Shown: positions 11,072 to 23,184, counted from the first letter of the whole stretch. The stretch: DNA of 63,750 nucleotides, filler included, from Aduncisulcus paluster (GCA_024181965.1; 4 parts of 4 records of this genome joined end to end with filler, not necessarily neighbours in it); one strand, 5' to 3'. Numbers and translations are program-made. Notes: generated by a model from the sequence alone, not told the origin.

Positions 11072-11323
11072 AGGATTAATAATCGAACTCTAATCTCAAA
11101 TTGAGGGTTGATAATCCCGAAACTAAAACGTTTAACAAATTTCTAAAATGATTTTACAAGTGAAAATTCGTAAGATAATTTATACACTAACGAGTATCGT
11201 CGAGAAAAACGTTTATGGATCTGTTTCCATAATAACAAAGGAAATAGCGAAGAGTATTATTTGACATAAAAAGAATTTAAATTTACTCATAAATTTAATG
11301 CAGAAAACAATGTCATTTATAAT

Positions 11324-12817
11324 ATGATTGATAAGAAAAAAACAAAAGATGAAAATCGAGGATTTGTGAACAAATCCAGTGTCCATATGGATGACCAATA
11401 TTGGACAGTTGGATTAAAAGAACGGGATGTTCGGAAACAACATGAATTGGAAGAAAAAGATATTAAAGCGTTGATAGGTTCTGAATCTGTCTCACTTTCC
11501 CACATTCTTGGGAATTTGACTAGTACTCCCGAAAGTTTTATTTCTAAACAGACAGAAGAAGCTGTAAATGACGATGAAGAATCTTCAAGTTTTGGTTTTC
11601 AATGGAAATCGAAAAAATCTGCTGTAGAAGAAGTTAAAGAGCCAATTTCACCAGAAGAACTCCTGAAGAAAAACCCCGATGCTGATAAAGATTTCTTTTA
11701 CCATTTATTATATAAAAAACTAGCTGAGGAGATCATAATACATTTACCAACCATTCAAACATCCTCTGTCGGGCAAATATTGTTTCCTGTCGTTAAAAAA
11801 TATCAATCCTTATTATATATTGGATCAGCCTTTCGTTTATTAAGTGTTCAGCTTCGTCTGTCCGGCATTGAACATCATAATATTTACCAACAATGTTCGA
11901 AAATCTCCAATACGATAAAATCACTCAGGATTAGATTAAACAAATTTGGAAGCTTTGTAGGAATAATTTCCGGCATTGTTGAATATGATGAACAAGTGGA
12001 AGAAGAGCAAAAGAGTGAAGAGGAAGAAGAAAAAGAACAAGAGATTTTAAAAGAAGAATGTGAAGGTGAAAAGGGAGCAAAAGAGATTGAATATGACGAT
12101 GAACAAAGTGATGGTTCTGATGTTTCTGGGGATGAAGAGGAATATGAATATGACAACTCCGATGATCTTCTGCCTTTCCAAGCGCCTAATCAACGTGTAA
12201 AGAGCTATAATGATGCCTATATTGAAGGTGAAGACATTGGAATGGGTCTAAGTTCAACTAGTACGGCAGCCGTTGATGAGGCTCTTGCATCCATTATGCC
12301 ATCAATCGGTAAGAGAAGAGGTATATTGGCTGTTGAAACTGGGGAGGAATTGCATGCTCTCGGTGGAAGGGAGAAGAAGAAACAGAGTAGTCTATTGGAT
12401 AGTCAACCCTCTTCGAATAAGTTAACCAGAAAAGAACGTAAGACTCGTGGCGTTCAGGACGTTGATCTTGATGACGGAGATTTAGATTTCTTGATCAAAC
12501 TGCGAAAGACTTCGAAGGATGAGAGAAAGAAAGGCCTGAAGACTTCCTCAGAGTCAAAGCCGAGAGCTGCTGAAGTTCAGGAAATCGATGAAGAGGATCG
12601 AAGAGCCGTGACTAAAGAGGTATTCATGCGTGGAATCCTCAAACGTCACAGGAAACGTGATGTTAAGAATCCTCGTGTTGCCAATAGAAGGAAGGCTGAA
12701 AAAGCTGACAAAAGAATGGTTGGGCGGACAAGAAAGGCAAGGGGAGATGCCGATCATTATGAAGGAGAACTCGGTATCAAAGCTAATGTCGTTCGTGCAA
12801 GACAATCGTATAAATAG
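11324..12817 (+). CDS. UTP3: SAS10/UTP3 small-subunit processome component
   Basis: C-terminal RGILKRHRKRDVKNPRVANRRK..YEGELGIKANVVR matches the Sas10 C-terminal domain; acidic middle region. Confidence 0.85.
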   Translation: MIDKKKTKDENRGFVNKSSVHMDDQYWTVGLKERDVRKQHELEEKDIKALIGSESVSLSHILGNLTSTPESFISKQTEEAVNDDEESSSFGFQWKSKKSAVEEVKEPISPEELLKKNPDADKDFFYHLLYKKLAEEIIIHLPTIQTSSVGQILFPVVKKYQSLLYIGSAFRLLSVQLRLSGIEHHNIYQQCSKISNTIKSLRIRLNKFGSFVGIISGIVEYDEQVEEEQKSEEEEEKEQEILKEECEGEKGAKEIEYDDEQSDGSDVSGDEEEYEYDNSDDLLPFQAPNQRVKSYNDAYIEGEDIGMGLSSTSTAAVDEALASIMPSIGKRRGILAVETGEELHALGGREKKKQSSLLDSQPSSNKLTRKERKTRGVQDVDLDDGDLDFLIKLRKTSKDERKKGLKTSSESKPRAAEVQEIDEEDRRAVTKEVFMRGILKRHRKRDVKNPRVANRRKAEKADKRMVGRTRKARGDADHYEGELGIKANVVRARQSYK

Positions 12818-12818
12818 T

Positions 12819-15800
12819 TTATTTTGGCGTGGAATAAATAAAAATATCAGCAGTGTTCTTAACTCCATCGATGGACGATATTTCAAGCGCTTTACCACTC
12901 TTCTTCCGACATAACCTGTTTAATCCGATATCCTTTTCCACTCTCCACTCACACGAAGCAACCCCAATGTCCAAGTGATTGAATACATCCAGACGAGATC
13001 TCGCTAGAGGATCAGAATCAATGGGGGGACTGACAGAAGAGAAGGAAGAGAGTGAATCCAAAACACTAGAGGCTTCAAATCCATATGAATTCTGAATACC
13101 TTCCACCCAAGACATCCTTTCAATCTTTTTCATTTCTCTTCTTTTCCTTCGAATCAGGGAGTCAATTCTCTTGGCAGTGTCATATTTTTTCATCATCGAT
13201 GACCGTGCATCACTTTCTTCTTCTCTTTTTGCCTTACGCTTCGACAGAATCCATTCATTCTCGAGAATTGAACAAGGCAAGTGCAAGTGCTTAAGACGAT
13301 ACTGGATCAGTGCAGAAATATAGTGTAAAGTGTCACGAGATCCCAATGAGGCAATGATTGTGCGTGGAAATGATATCGGAACCATTGGACTGAGATCATC
13401 GATCGAAGTGCGACTGTCCGACGATAAATCCACAGAGAGAGAAGGAGAAGATGTGTATCTTCCCATAAGCATATGACTTTTGTGGACCAAATGAAGCTCG
13501 CACTCCTGGAGATGATCAATTGCTGCGTCAGACATATCGGACAAACGAACGATATTTCTATTCTGAGCATCAGCGGCATAAATGGTGAATTGAGAAAGAT
13601 ATGAGGGATCTGAGAGACATAACATGAGACGAAGAATAAATGTACAATACGTGTTGGGACATCGTTTGTGGAATTGTCTGAGAAAACTCTCAGATTGCTG
13701 TGAGGATTGAGAATCTTTAGCTTGGGAAGATTCCTTCTCTTCCAAAATTCTAGGAACATAACCGATAATATTAGAAAACACACTTGATTTGAATGTTTTC
13801 TTCTGTTCATCCAGGAAAATCCTTAAAGTTCGAAGGGAATGTTGATACTCTTGGAGCATTCTCACTTCTTGGGGAGTATTTACAGCCGATTGGAGGAGAA
13901 CGTCAACGAGATGAATTTCTTCAGAGATTAGTTTATACGCCCGAATAACAATTTTGCTCTTAAAATGGCTTTCAATAAGTGGTTCACAACTCGAAATAAC
14001 CATTCCTTTTTCCTTTCTTATTCTTATCTGTTTCATCTCTTTTTTCCATCCAATGAGTTCAGAAGCAGACATTGTAAGAGAAGCCATCCACACGGCAATC
14101 CCAGTGCACTCGTCATGGACAAACATCCTTATATATCGTTCGTGTGGACGGTGTCCCAACGGAGAGAGGTGATATTGCAGGTGTACAACAGATGGAGGGT
14201 AGAAATGGGTGTGGGGACGATGCCGAAGAGGCCGTAAAGAAGGGAAGAACGAACTGATAGTGGTTGTATGAAATGTGGGAGGAGGCTTTTCAAGTTTGAT
14301 CTTTTCATGGTCAGAAAGGAAAGACGAATACGTGGAAAGGAAAGATAGTTTTGATTCTTTGGTTTCTTTCTCAATAGAATCATCAAGGTCTTCTTCAATT
14401 TCTTCTAAATCCTTTGGAGATGATGTCATATTTCCGTTTCTGTGCTCTCCTCCTCTTGCAACTTTCAAAGTCTGAGCCTTTTGTCCAAGGTCACCGCTGA
14501 TCAAAAGGTTACCATGAGAATCCTTCGTGTTGACAATCGATGGAACTGACCGACTTTTCCTTACAACCGTTCCAGGAGGAGTGAGATGAACATCAATATC
14601 CTGTGATCCTGCATGTTTCTCATCTGAATGAACCGATGATTCTTGGTCAAGCTCAACGCCAATATCCTCTAAACTGGGCTGTTCTTTTTCCTCTTCTTTC
14701 TTCTCGTTTTCTTCATCTTCCATGCCTCTACTTTCACGTTCCTCTTCTATCCTTTTTGACATTGGAATGGGTTTGCCCCCCCAGGTAAGGACAACGTTGT
14801 CAAACATCGAATTGTTCGGGTTCCATTTATCAGTGGCAACGTAGTGTTCACTTTGCATTAACAAAGGATGGGACGAAAAGGCTTCAACGTGTTTCAGCCC
14901 ATCACTTTTGAATGAGGTTATGGTGTCAGAAACATTGTTGACACATGATATCTGACGTTGATAACGAGTAATATCTGTAGAAACTTCACCAATCCCAAGA
15001 TCTGCTGCGGTCGAATGTTCAGGATAAGTAAGATCCATCGGAAGGGAGCAAATTCGATTCTTAAACGTTATATTCTTGATACAACGTCGAATTGCAGCAC
15101 AAATACACCACATAGGAGTATGACGAGAGACAAGAAAAGAGAAAACAGGGAGAGATAAAGAGGCACGTTCACTATCTGGAGTGTCAGAGGGTTGGTTGTA
15201 ATTAAATACATACTCAAATGGGACAATGCCGGAAGAGAAAGAGGGGAAAGCGTACCGAGGTTTTCGTTTCGACACTGATCTTTGAGATTTCTTTGAATTT
15301 GAGGAGTTATGACCCACACTGATTGAGTCTGCATCAATAAAGAGCACATTTGGACCATATTTTCTGGGTAAACGCATCCATGGAAGAGGTTTTAGCATCA
15401 AAAGGACCGTATTGGTGTGTCGGAGTAGAAGAGAAAGCATAGAAAGTGACCCATTTGAGAACTTTGGGTGAATTGGATTCGGTACGAGTGATATAGGCAT
15501 TGACATTGATGCTAGTGTGTTACCAGAGTTAATCAAAGAGTTATACCAGGCTATTTGTTGATGAGTACATACGTAGGGTGATACAATGGGTCGAAATGAA
15601 GCAAATACATCGTAAGTTCCATCAGGATTCATGTTTTCAACGATCGAATTACTCCGACTCGTTGAATCGAGCAATAATTCATTGGACGATTGATCCTGGG
15701 ATGTGGTCTCCATCAAAAAAAGATTGTTAAACTTACGATCTAAAATGAATGAAGAAATGGAACATGAATCAAGATCATCGATTGAAGTATCGAATGATTG

Positions 15801-18800
15801 GCTATCAAGCTTCACCATGCTCGTCTTCCGGCGAGGATCACATGGGATTCTCTTCAATGAACTTGACAGATCCATTGTACTTGCGTTCCTATTCAATTCA
15901 TTTGTTTTCTTTGAATCGAATACAAAAAAACTCAAAAAGCTTGCAGGAACTTTCTTAGAACCGGAATCCAAGGCTTCCAGCAATGATGTGAGAGGAGAAG
16001 GCTGTGAGTCCGATGGTGTCTCGGAGAAGAGTGAAAGGAAGTGGGATAGAGTTGGGATCTCCTTGATTCTATCATATATCATCTTTCTGAGCATTCGATT
16101 AGATGTCGAGTGTGATATTTCAACAGTACCAAGTGAAACAAAGGCAAACGATGCTGAATAAACATTTTGAAGAAGGGATTCTTTGGTTCCATCTGATCCA
16201 AGTCCAACAGAACCCTTCTCATTATCTACAGAAGCAGGATCAACACTATCTTCACTCCAATCAAGGAACTTTGAAGTACTATCAGAATGGGATAGCCCAG
16301 AAGTGGAGTTTGGAGCATACACCATCACTTCAATGGGATACAAGTTCATATTCACGTCTAAACTATCGGTTTTGACCGATGGATGAGGAGGAATAGTTTC
16401 TGTGGGAACTGAGGGATGATCAATAACATCAGGCTCTTTATCTTTCAGATCTTCATTCTCAGAATTATTCTCTTCACTTTTCTCAGATGATTCATCCATT
16501 TGTGTTATTGAGATACTTTTAATCTCTTTTTTCTCAGGGCCTCCTAAAATAGTTTTTCTTGCATTCTCACTCACCGCATCTCCCAGTATTTCTTTGTCAG
16601 GCTCGACTGAAGCATACACAAATAATACCGTTTGATTTCTCCTGGTTTGAGCAAGTGAAATTTGAGGATTAGTTGAACCTCCAGTTGGCTGATTAGCTGC
16701 TGATGAATGAAGGGATGAAGAGTCAATATCTTTGCCATAGCGAGCAAAGAACATAGATTTAAAGCAAGAGGCTGTGTACGAACTTGTAGAACTTGAAGAC
16801 ATGGCCGAAGGCTCAATCTTTTTATGTGCTGGTAATGGGGTCACGGGAACTCCCTTTATGGATGCTGAAGTATGGTGATGTGGTGAATGGGGAACATCTG
16901 CAGTACTTCTTCCTACACCGATTCCTCGCACTGATCGGGGAGTAGAGGTTGCAGAATCGGATACATGACCTCTTGGAGTGGATATTGGTGTAGCCTTCTC
17001 CTCACTTGAGGATATTGAAGCTGCTGGTGGAACATAACCATATTGCAGATGGTCTTGATGTTGAGGAAATGCATCCTTACGATGCAACGCAAATGTATTT
17101 GAGATCAGGTCTTCAATGTGCTTGATTTTGATACTGCTTCTCTCAGTCTTGGAAGATATGTCAGAATCTATTTCAATATCCAATTTATCCCGTATTGAAA
17201 GACCTGTCTTATTATCCCAACCAATCGAACACAATGAGATTCTTCTCTTGCTTGATTTGGTTCCTCCATAATGACTTGACGAGTGAGAGCTATTATTGGA
17301 GAGTGAGAAAGATCTATTTTTAGAAATTGGAACTAATAATTTCTTGATCTCATCAGTCGGATTGACACGAAATATTATTGGATCTTTGACAGCCATTGCT
17401 ATGGGCGAATCTCCCAAATCTTCACGCTCGAATGGAACTGAAAAGTAAGTAAAAGATTCATTTCTTTTTTTAGTCGCATCGTGGGAAATAAATATTGGAA
17501 TTGAAACGAGACACTTCTCAAAGCCTCCAAAACCACGAACTCCCAATGTTGCAAGTGGGGAAAGAACGCATATAAAAATAGATTTCGGTGTGATTATAGA
17601 TGGAACAAGTTGATGTTGATGATATTGTGCTGGTACAGATGGGAATTTAGTCCTTTGAATACTTGGAGAAGACAATTCTTTGTATTGCCTCACATCATGT
17701 TCTCGCTCAACGGGAATTTGTTGCGATATTGACTTGGTTCTATAATCTTGGACTAATCCTTCCCTTTGAGGACCATATAGTCTGTCAATGTACTCCGAGA
17801 GCTCTTTTTCAAAAGAGATAGATAAATCAGATTCTATTTTTTTCTCCTCTTCCAAAGATCTTTCCTCAATTTTCCTCATGGGTTCTTGAGAAGTTGCACT
17901 TTCAGAAACTTTTGGAATTCTCTCATAAACCAACATATAAGCAACACTTCTCTTCCCTTCTTCTCCTCCTTTTCCTTTTCCAAAGTACCCACGAAGTTTC
18001 TTATCACTGATGTAACTAACTTTAGAATCATTGAGAAGGACATTTTTCCCACTGGAAGACCTAACAATGCACATGTAATGACCTCGGCCTGAGCCTCCTC
18101 GATGGACAATCACACTTTTCAACCTATAGGCGTATTCACTGAGCCCCTCCAAGGAAATACCGAAAGGAGATCCGAGAGGTGATGAGGAAAAGAAAGAGGA
18201 ACCTGAGAAAGAGGAAGATGTAGATGGAGTAACCGTTGATGTCGATGAGGGCAATGATACAGGAGAGCTTGGAGAAATTGATGACGCAGGAATTGATCTA
18301 GAAGAACTGAAAAGACCAGAAAATGCTTTCTTCATCCATGATGTGAATCCTGGCTTTGAGCCATCGATTTCAGAGGCAACAGTACTTGTGTCGGAAGAAT
18401 CTGAAGAAAGTTTCTTATGTTGGAGAATAAGAGAAAGAGGTGAACGAATAAATTCGCAAAAATCCAGAATAGTGGGAAATGACATGAAATCGGTAAGCTT
18501 TTGAACTCTACCCTTTGGAGATATATCGTATCTAGATAGTGAAATAAACATATACTGCGGAAGATGCTTCAATCTCATACCCATCAAAGCATCCTCCTTT
18601 GTTTTGGTACCATCAGAAGATTCAATTTCATATGAATTGGATCCAAATAATTGTGTTTGATTATGAAAACCACAGAAGGAATCAAATAAAGTAGGAAACC
18701 CTTTCACAGGGAGAACTATGGATTTGCAAGATTCTTCTCTTACAGAATGGTGATGTGAGCGGATAGTATGGATATAATGTTCAGTGGTAATCGAAAATAA

Positions 18801-19316
18801 ATTATTGAAATATGGAAGTAAGAGAGATGGCTTTCGTAATAACGAAATATCTTGACCTTGCTGCTGGACTTCATGAACACGCTTTTCGTAGACTTGAAGA
18901 ATCAGTTCATCAATTCTCTTCAGTTCAACTTCAATACGTTCAAATAAAAGCAAAAATAACTCATTCACATCATGTTGAATAAATACATCATCCCCACGCC
19001 ACCCAAAAGCTTTTGTAAGAGCTCTAGTGCTAACTGATGAGGAAGAGATCATCATACTTCTAAAAAGGTTTTGAAATTCCCTCAAAACAGGGCAAATAGC
19101 TGGAGGGAAAGACAAAGCTACAATGAATTTACGGAAAGGCTGAACATGAAAAATTGCTTGAAGTAAAGAATTGAGATAACACGTAGCACCTTGATTTTTC
19201 AGACCGTGGAATCTTTCTTCATACATATATTCATGAATCTTGCTATTTATAAAAGTATTTGAGCTACAAACAAGGACTTCTGAAGTACGAATGAAAAGAT
19301 ATTGAAGTGAAGTCAT
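12819..19316 (-). CDS. Large ubiquitin-specific protease (peptidase C19, USP7/USP47-like catalytic domain)
   Basis: Cys box GLKNQGATCYLNSLLQ, QHDVNE, His box VHRGGSGRGHY, NDSKV and AYMLVYER. Start is ATG 19316 or 19226. Confidence 0.9.
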   Translation of the reverse strand: MTSLQYLFIRTSEVLVCSSNTFINSKIHEYMYEERFHGLKNQGATCYLNSLLQAIFHVQPFRKFIVALSFPPAICPVLREFQNLFRSMMISSSSVSTRALTKAFGWRGDDVFIQHDVNELFLLLFERIEVELKRIDELILQVYEKRVHEVQQQGQDISLLRKPSLLLPYFNNLFSITTEHYIHTIRSHHHSVREESCKSIVLPVKGFPTLFDSFCGFHNQTQLFGSNSYEIESSDGTKTKEDALMGMRLKHLPQYMFISLSRYDISPKGRVQKLTDFMSFPTILDFCEFIRSPLSLILQHKKLSSDSSDTSTVASEIDGSKPGFTSWMKKAFSGLFSSSRSIPASSISPSSPVSLPSSTSTVTPSTSSSFSGSSFFSSSPLGSPFGISLEGLSEYAYRLKSVIVHRGGSGRGHYMCIVRSSSGKNVLLNDSKVSYISDKKLRGYFGKGKGGEEGKRSVAYMLVYERIPKVSESATSQEPMRKIEERSLEEEKKIESDLSISFEKELSEYIDRLYGPQREGLVQDYRTKSISQQIPVEREHDVRQYKELSSPSIQRTKFPSVPAQYHQHQLVPSIITPKSIFICVLSPLATLGVRGFGGFEKCLVSIPIFISHDATKKRNESFTYFSVPFEREDLGDSPIAMAVKDPIIFRVNPTDEIKKLLVPISKNRSFSLSNNSSHSSSHYGGTKSSKRRISLCSIGWDNKTGLSIRDKLDIEIDSDISSKTERSSIKIKHIEDLISNTFALHRKDAFPQHQDHLQYGYVPPAASISSSEEKATPISTPRGHVSDSATSTPRSVRGIGVGRSTADVPHSPHHHTSASIKGVPVTPLPAHKKIEPSAMSSSSTSSYTASCFKSMFFARYGKDIDSSSLHSSAANQPTGGSTNPQISLAQTRRNQTVLFVYASVEPDKEILGDAVSENARKTILGGPEKKEIKSISITQMDESSEKSEENNSENEDLKDKEPDVIDHPSVPTETIPPHPSVKTDSLDVNMNLYPIEVMVYAPNSTSGLSHSDSTSKFLDWSEDSVDPASVDNEKGSVGLGSDGTKESLLQNVYSASFAFVSLGTVEISHSTSNRMLRKMIYDRIKEIPTLSHFLSLFSETPSDSQPSPLTSLLEALDSGSKKVPASFLSFFVFDSKKTNELNRNASTMDLSSSLKRIPCDPRRKTSMVKLDSQSFDTSIDDLDSCSISSFILDRKFNNLFLMETTSQDQSSNELLLDSTSRSNSIVENMNPDGTYDVFASFRPIVSPYVCTHQQIAWYNSLINSGNTLASMSMPISLVPNPIHPKFSNGSLSMLSLLLRHTNTVLLMLKPLPWMRLPRKYGPNVLFIDADSISVGHNSSNSKKSQRSVSKRKPRYAFPSFSSGIVPFEYVFNYNQPSDTPDSERASLSLPVFSFLVSRHTPMWCICAAIRRCIKNITFKNRICSLPMDLTYPEHSTAADLGIGEVSTDITRYQRQISCVNNVSDTITSFKSDGLKHVEAFSSHPLLMQSEHYVATDKWNPNNSMFDNVVLTWGGKPIPMSKRIEEERESRGMEDEENEKKEEEKEQPSLEDIGVELDQESSVHSDEKHAGSQDIDVHLTPPGTVVRKSRSVPSIVNTKDSHGNLLISGDLGQKAQTLKVARGGEHRNGNMTSSPKDLEEIEEDLDDSIEKETKESKLSFLSTYSSFLSDHEKIKLEKPPPTFHTTTISSFFPSLRPLRHRPHTHFYPPSVVHLQYHLSPLGHRPHERYIRMFVHDECTGIAVWMASLTMSASELIGWKKEMKQIRIRKEKGMVISSCEPLIESHFKSKIVIRAYKLISEEIHLVDVLLQSAVNTPQEVRMLQEYQHSLRTLRIFLDEQKKTFKSSVFSNIIGYVPRILEEKESSQAKDSQSSQQSESFLRQFHKRCPNTYCTFILRLMLCLSDPSYLSQFTIYAADAQNRNIVRLSDMSDAAIDHLQECELHLVHKSHMLMGRYTSSPSLSVDLSSDSRTSIDDLSPMVPISFPRTIIASLGSRDTLHYISALIQYRLKHLHLPCSILENEWILSKRKAKREEESDARSSMMKKYDTAKRIDSLIRRKRREMKKIERMSWVEGIQNSYGFEASSVLDSLSSFSSVSPPIDSDPLARSRLDVFNHLDIGVASCEWRVEKDIGLNRLCRKKSGKALEISSIDGVKNTADIFIYSTPK

Positions 19317-19563
19317 TGAAAACAATAATTTCGGTGATATTCTAGATTTTTATTCTATTTTGCCAAAAAACAATTGTATTTACATTGACCTTGCGACAAA
19401 ATGGCCTGTCAAATCTAGCCGAGAAATGCTCTTTGAAATCATTAATTTAATAATCATAAACAGATCTTTTATAATATAAATCGTTATATAGTCAAATTTT
19501 ACTATTCTACCAGCAAGATCCATCGATTTTCTTTTTCAACTTGTTCGTTTCCGACATTCTATA

Positions 19564-22164
19564 ATGTACAATTTCGAAAAAAGTGCCAGCATTTTTAAAA
19601 AGATAATAACACATGCATTTTTTGTCCTTGTTGGTCCATTATCTGTAGAGGCTGCCGATCTTTTGGCCAAGAGAGTTTATAAGTATTTCGTGTGCCCTAG
19701 ATTATTTTCGAATCAAATACCACAAGATACAAAAAATCCAGATGTTATTAGTTTGTTTGGTTGTTGTAATCACGCCATTACACATGTTTTGAATTATATG
19801 AATGAATTGAGATCAACTGGAGTTTATGAAAGGACAGGAATTTTGGTATTACCTAGATCTGCGTTTTTTATGCATATTACGGAAGACTCTTATGGTTCAT
19901 TTACTTTTTTACTTCCAAATTCTGCCTCCCTCCAAAAATGTATTCAATTTACCAAATATATTTTTTCTTTGTTAAAAAAATCATGTAGTCATGTTAAATT
20001 TGTTAGTATTTATTTGTTTAACCACTTAACAAAATGGACAAGTCTTCCTCTTGATTCAATCGATACTGACGCACCTACAGAGTTATCTCAAGGTAAATTT
20101 CATAAAATTCATATCACACTTCATTATCCCACTATTTTATCCCAAATTATTGCCATGACTCTCTCAACTCATGAGATTCGTTTTGATGACAAATTGGTTG
20201 TCGTACTGCCCGAATGTACATATATACACACGCATTTGAAATCTCTTCATTTTAAATCACTTCCAAAGGCAGAACCCGTGTGTCTTTGCGTCGATTTATT
20301 CGATATTCCCTGTTCTGATGTTCAAACAGCCCTTTCAAAGGTTTCTTATGATCAAGTTCCGAGCGACATCACTGAAGATGATTCGTGGAAGGCTTTTGTG
20401 ATTGTGAATGCCAGACCTTTATCCGTTGAGATGAATGACACCATATGTGATGGTGAACACCCTGAGGCCATCCCTCCCTTGCTAGCTGACAATGCAGTGG
20501 CAATTAAACGTCTATGGACTGAACGCCAGGATGTTAAGGTCTGTCATCATGCCTCTTCTTTAGCATTTAGAATATATTCTTGGGCTCAACGAAAATTTGG
20601 TTATTTACGTGGTTTTCAGTGGACTTATGATCCAAAAACAGGTAAATTTTATATGTTTCTCTGGTTTTACATTGATCAAATGCGATTTTCTGTGTATAAG
20701 CATTATCACTATTGGTCACCGAAATTCAAATCAGAATATCTCCAAATATACTCAAAATTAACAGAAATATGCAAATTATCGAAGGATAATTCCTCTATTA
20801 ACAGCTATGCGGCCATTAAAAAAACAATTGAGAAGCGACTTGAGAAAATTCCTCTCGATGATACTTGTACACTTCAAGATATTTTACAATCAAAATGCAA
20901 GTACCACAATCCAACAAGGAATCTCTATGGGGTTTCTTCGAGGATTGTTCGACGAGTGCATCTTGACGAGTCTCTTCTGCCACCTTGTGGGCCATCAATG
21001 TCCTTCACTATTCGGACACGGATCACTGGTCGCCTTATGGTTGCTATCAAACAATGTGTCGGTAGAATCACGGTTTTGCGTGGAAAATATCAGAAATCTG
21101 AAACAGATTTGGAACAGAGTACGGCTTCTGTCCTTTCTCAAGGAACTCCATCTCCTCATAAAGAGATTAAAGAAGTTGATTCCTCCTCCAAAACTGAACA
21201 AAAGACATCCAATCGTGTGCAAGGGCCTTCAGAAGAACCTCCGATCCTGAGCTCCTCACCTGATCTTCCTTCTTCCACGGTACCACAACATACGATTCCA
21301 ACAGAACCATCTTGCAATCGTTATGCGACTCCAACGCATGAAGGCCAAAGTACCGAAGCAGAGAAATTTAAACGAGATTCCCCATCTCATTATAAACAGT
21401 ATCATCCTGTTCATCCCCCATCTCACCGAACCGTTCAACCTATCCATCAGCCTTTGCATAGCTACCCTTCCGAATCACCTTCTTCATATCTATTTTACGC
21501 CGATCAAGGTTATCCTCTTCCACGGTACAACTTCTCGGGTGTTTTCCCTGCTCTCTCTGATCCTTACGTATACTACCAATATGCTTCAAGGCACGCCATT
21601 CAACCTCCGCCTGCTCGCACCCCTTCCCATCACACGCCATCTTACGGCTCATCCTCACATGCTCATCAATTCTCCAGGCATATTGCTCCATCACGGGATT
21701 ATCCAATACAACCAAGGATGCACCAACCCTCGATGCCTATGCATACCTCTGGGGGAGATCATTCTTACCCCGTTGGACAACTCCGCCCTTCGCATCCGTA
21801 CTATGGCACATCTCAATCCCGTATTGTTGATGCAAGCCGTCAACCCCAAGAAACTCATCAAGATCAGAGGAGTACATTCAGTACCTCGCATGAAAGAACA
21901 CCATCCTTTGAGATTCCAGAGTCATTTGTTCATCCAACTACAGGTATTCCAATCGATATTACGCAGTTTGAAGCTCCTGCACTGGCTCCGTCGAGTTCTG
22001 CCACATCTTCTTCGACTGCATCTTATCATATTTCAATGCCATCGGATACTGGCCACCTTTCTCATGGAATTGTTATGGAACCACATGGTCGCACTTCTAT
22101 GTTTCCTCAATTTCCAATGGGTTCTCGTGATTCTGAAAGTTCGGAAGTGTTCCCCCCATTTTAA
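19564..22164 (+). CDS. Hypothetical protein with a globular N-terminal part and a Pro/Ser/His-rich disordered tail
   Basis: 866-aa ATG-initiated ORF bounded by AT-rich flanks; no motif recognised. Confidence 0.75.
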   Translation: MYNFEKSASIFKKIITHAFFVLVGPLSVEAADLLAKRVYKYFVCPRLFSNQIPQDTKNPDVISLFGCCNHAITHVLNYMNELRSTGVYERTGILVLPRSAFFMHITEDSYGSFTFLLPNSASLQKCIQFTKYIFSLLKKSCSHVKFVSIYLFNHLTKWTSLPLDSIDTDAPTELSQGKFHKIHITLHYPTILSQIIAMTLSTHEIRFDDKLVVVLPECTYIHTHLKSLHFKSLPKAEPVCLCVDLFDIPCSDVQTALSKVSYDQVPSDITEDDSWKAFVIVNARPLSVEMNDTICDGEHPEAIPPLLADNAVAIKRLWTERQDVKVCHHASSLAFRIYSWAQRKFGYLRGFQWTYDPKTGKFYMFLWFYIDQMRFSVYKHYHYWSPKFKSEYLQIYSKLTEICKLSKDNSSINSYAAIKKTIEKRLEKIPLDDTCTLQDILQSKCKYHNPTRNLYGVSSRIVRRVHLDESLLPPCGPSMSFTIRTRITGRLMVAIKQCVGRITVLRGKYQKSETDLEQSTASVLSQGTPSPHKEIKEVDSSSKTEQKTSNRVQGPSEEPPILSSSPDLPSSTVPQHTIPTEPSCNRYATPTHEGQSTEAEKFKRDSPSHYKQYHPVHPPSHRTVQPIHQPLHSYPSESPSSYLFYADQGYPLPRYNFSGVFPALSDPYVYYQYASRHAIQPPPARTPSHHTPSYGSSSHAHQFSRHIAPSRDYPIQPRMHQPSMPMHTSGGDHSYPVGQLRPSHPYYGTSQSRIVDASRQPQETHQDQRSTFSTSHERTPSFEIPESFVHPTTGIPIDITQFEAPALAPSSSATSSSTASYHISMPSDTGHLSHGIVMEPHGRTSMFPQFPMGSRDSESSEVFPPF

Positions 22165-22520
22165 AACCTTTTAATTTGTGTGTTTTTTTTTTTTTATTAT
22201 TTATTTTTTTTATCTAATTCTCCTTTTCTTTTAACTCGTCGACGCAAACAATATATAATTTATCTTTTGGTGCCTATTTTTCTTATTTTAATTTGTCAAT
22301 TTTTATGTAGGATTTCTTAAGACTTAATGTTTGCTTGATGGCCTTGAGTTTATTGTTATTATTAACAGTATTTCTATCTTTTTCATTCCTTTCTAAATTT
22401 TTTTTATAAATCGGTATTGTTTTATTGACGTCATGAAGATTGAAATATTTTATGACAAACTTTTGATTTTTTGATCGTGTTCCGATTTTAATAACGTGAT
22501 CGTTTGCCTCATAATTCTGT

Positions 22521-22561
<41 letters not shown>

Positions 22562-23184
22562 ATAAAAAAACAATAATTGGGGTTCAAGATGTAAGTATTT
22601 TATTCATTGGACAATATTGAGCTATTGAATCATCGTTTCAAGTCAAAAAGGTGGAAAATTTCTTTCTTCTTGGATCCAATATTATTATTGTGTATGGGTA
22701 CATTGGGATTATTCAGTTTTTTTTCGGTTTGATTGGATAATCAACAATAAAACGAAATCCCTAAAAATATTCCCTTGAGAATGTTTGTATTATGATTAAA
22801 CAACCATTCAAACGTTTGATACCAACCAAACATTTTCAATACTTCTATTTGATTGTTTCAATAGTAATGAAGCTTTATGATCATAAGATCTTAACGTCCT
22901 GCATTTCAATAATGTCAAGAAAATGAATAAACCTTAATATTATATGATTGTTGCCATCTATCTATTTTTAAAATATCGATAAAAAGGTATTGAGAATAAC
23001 TGAAAAATACGAAAATTTTAACTATCATATCACAAAAATATCAAATTGCCTTCTGACTTGATATAAATATATATGATATTAAAAGAACATTGGAAAATAC
23101 ATGTTGAAAATTCATCAAAATTATCAAAAAGTACAAAAGCTCATTTTATAAAAATACATAAAATAAAGGAACATATTGGTTTAA

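Noticed and set aside
21323..22174. 283-aa same-strand overlapping ORF
   Set aside because: Alternate frame of a Pro/Ser/His-rich region that is naturally poor in stops; no motif.
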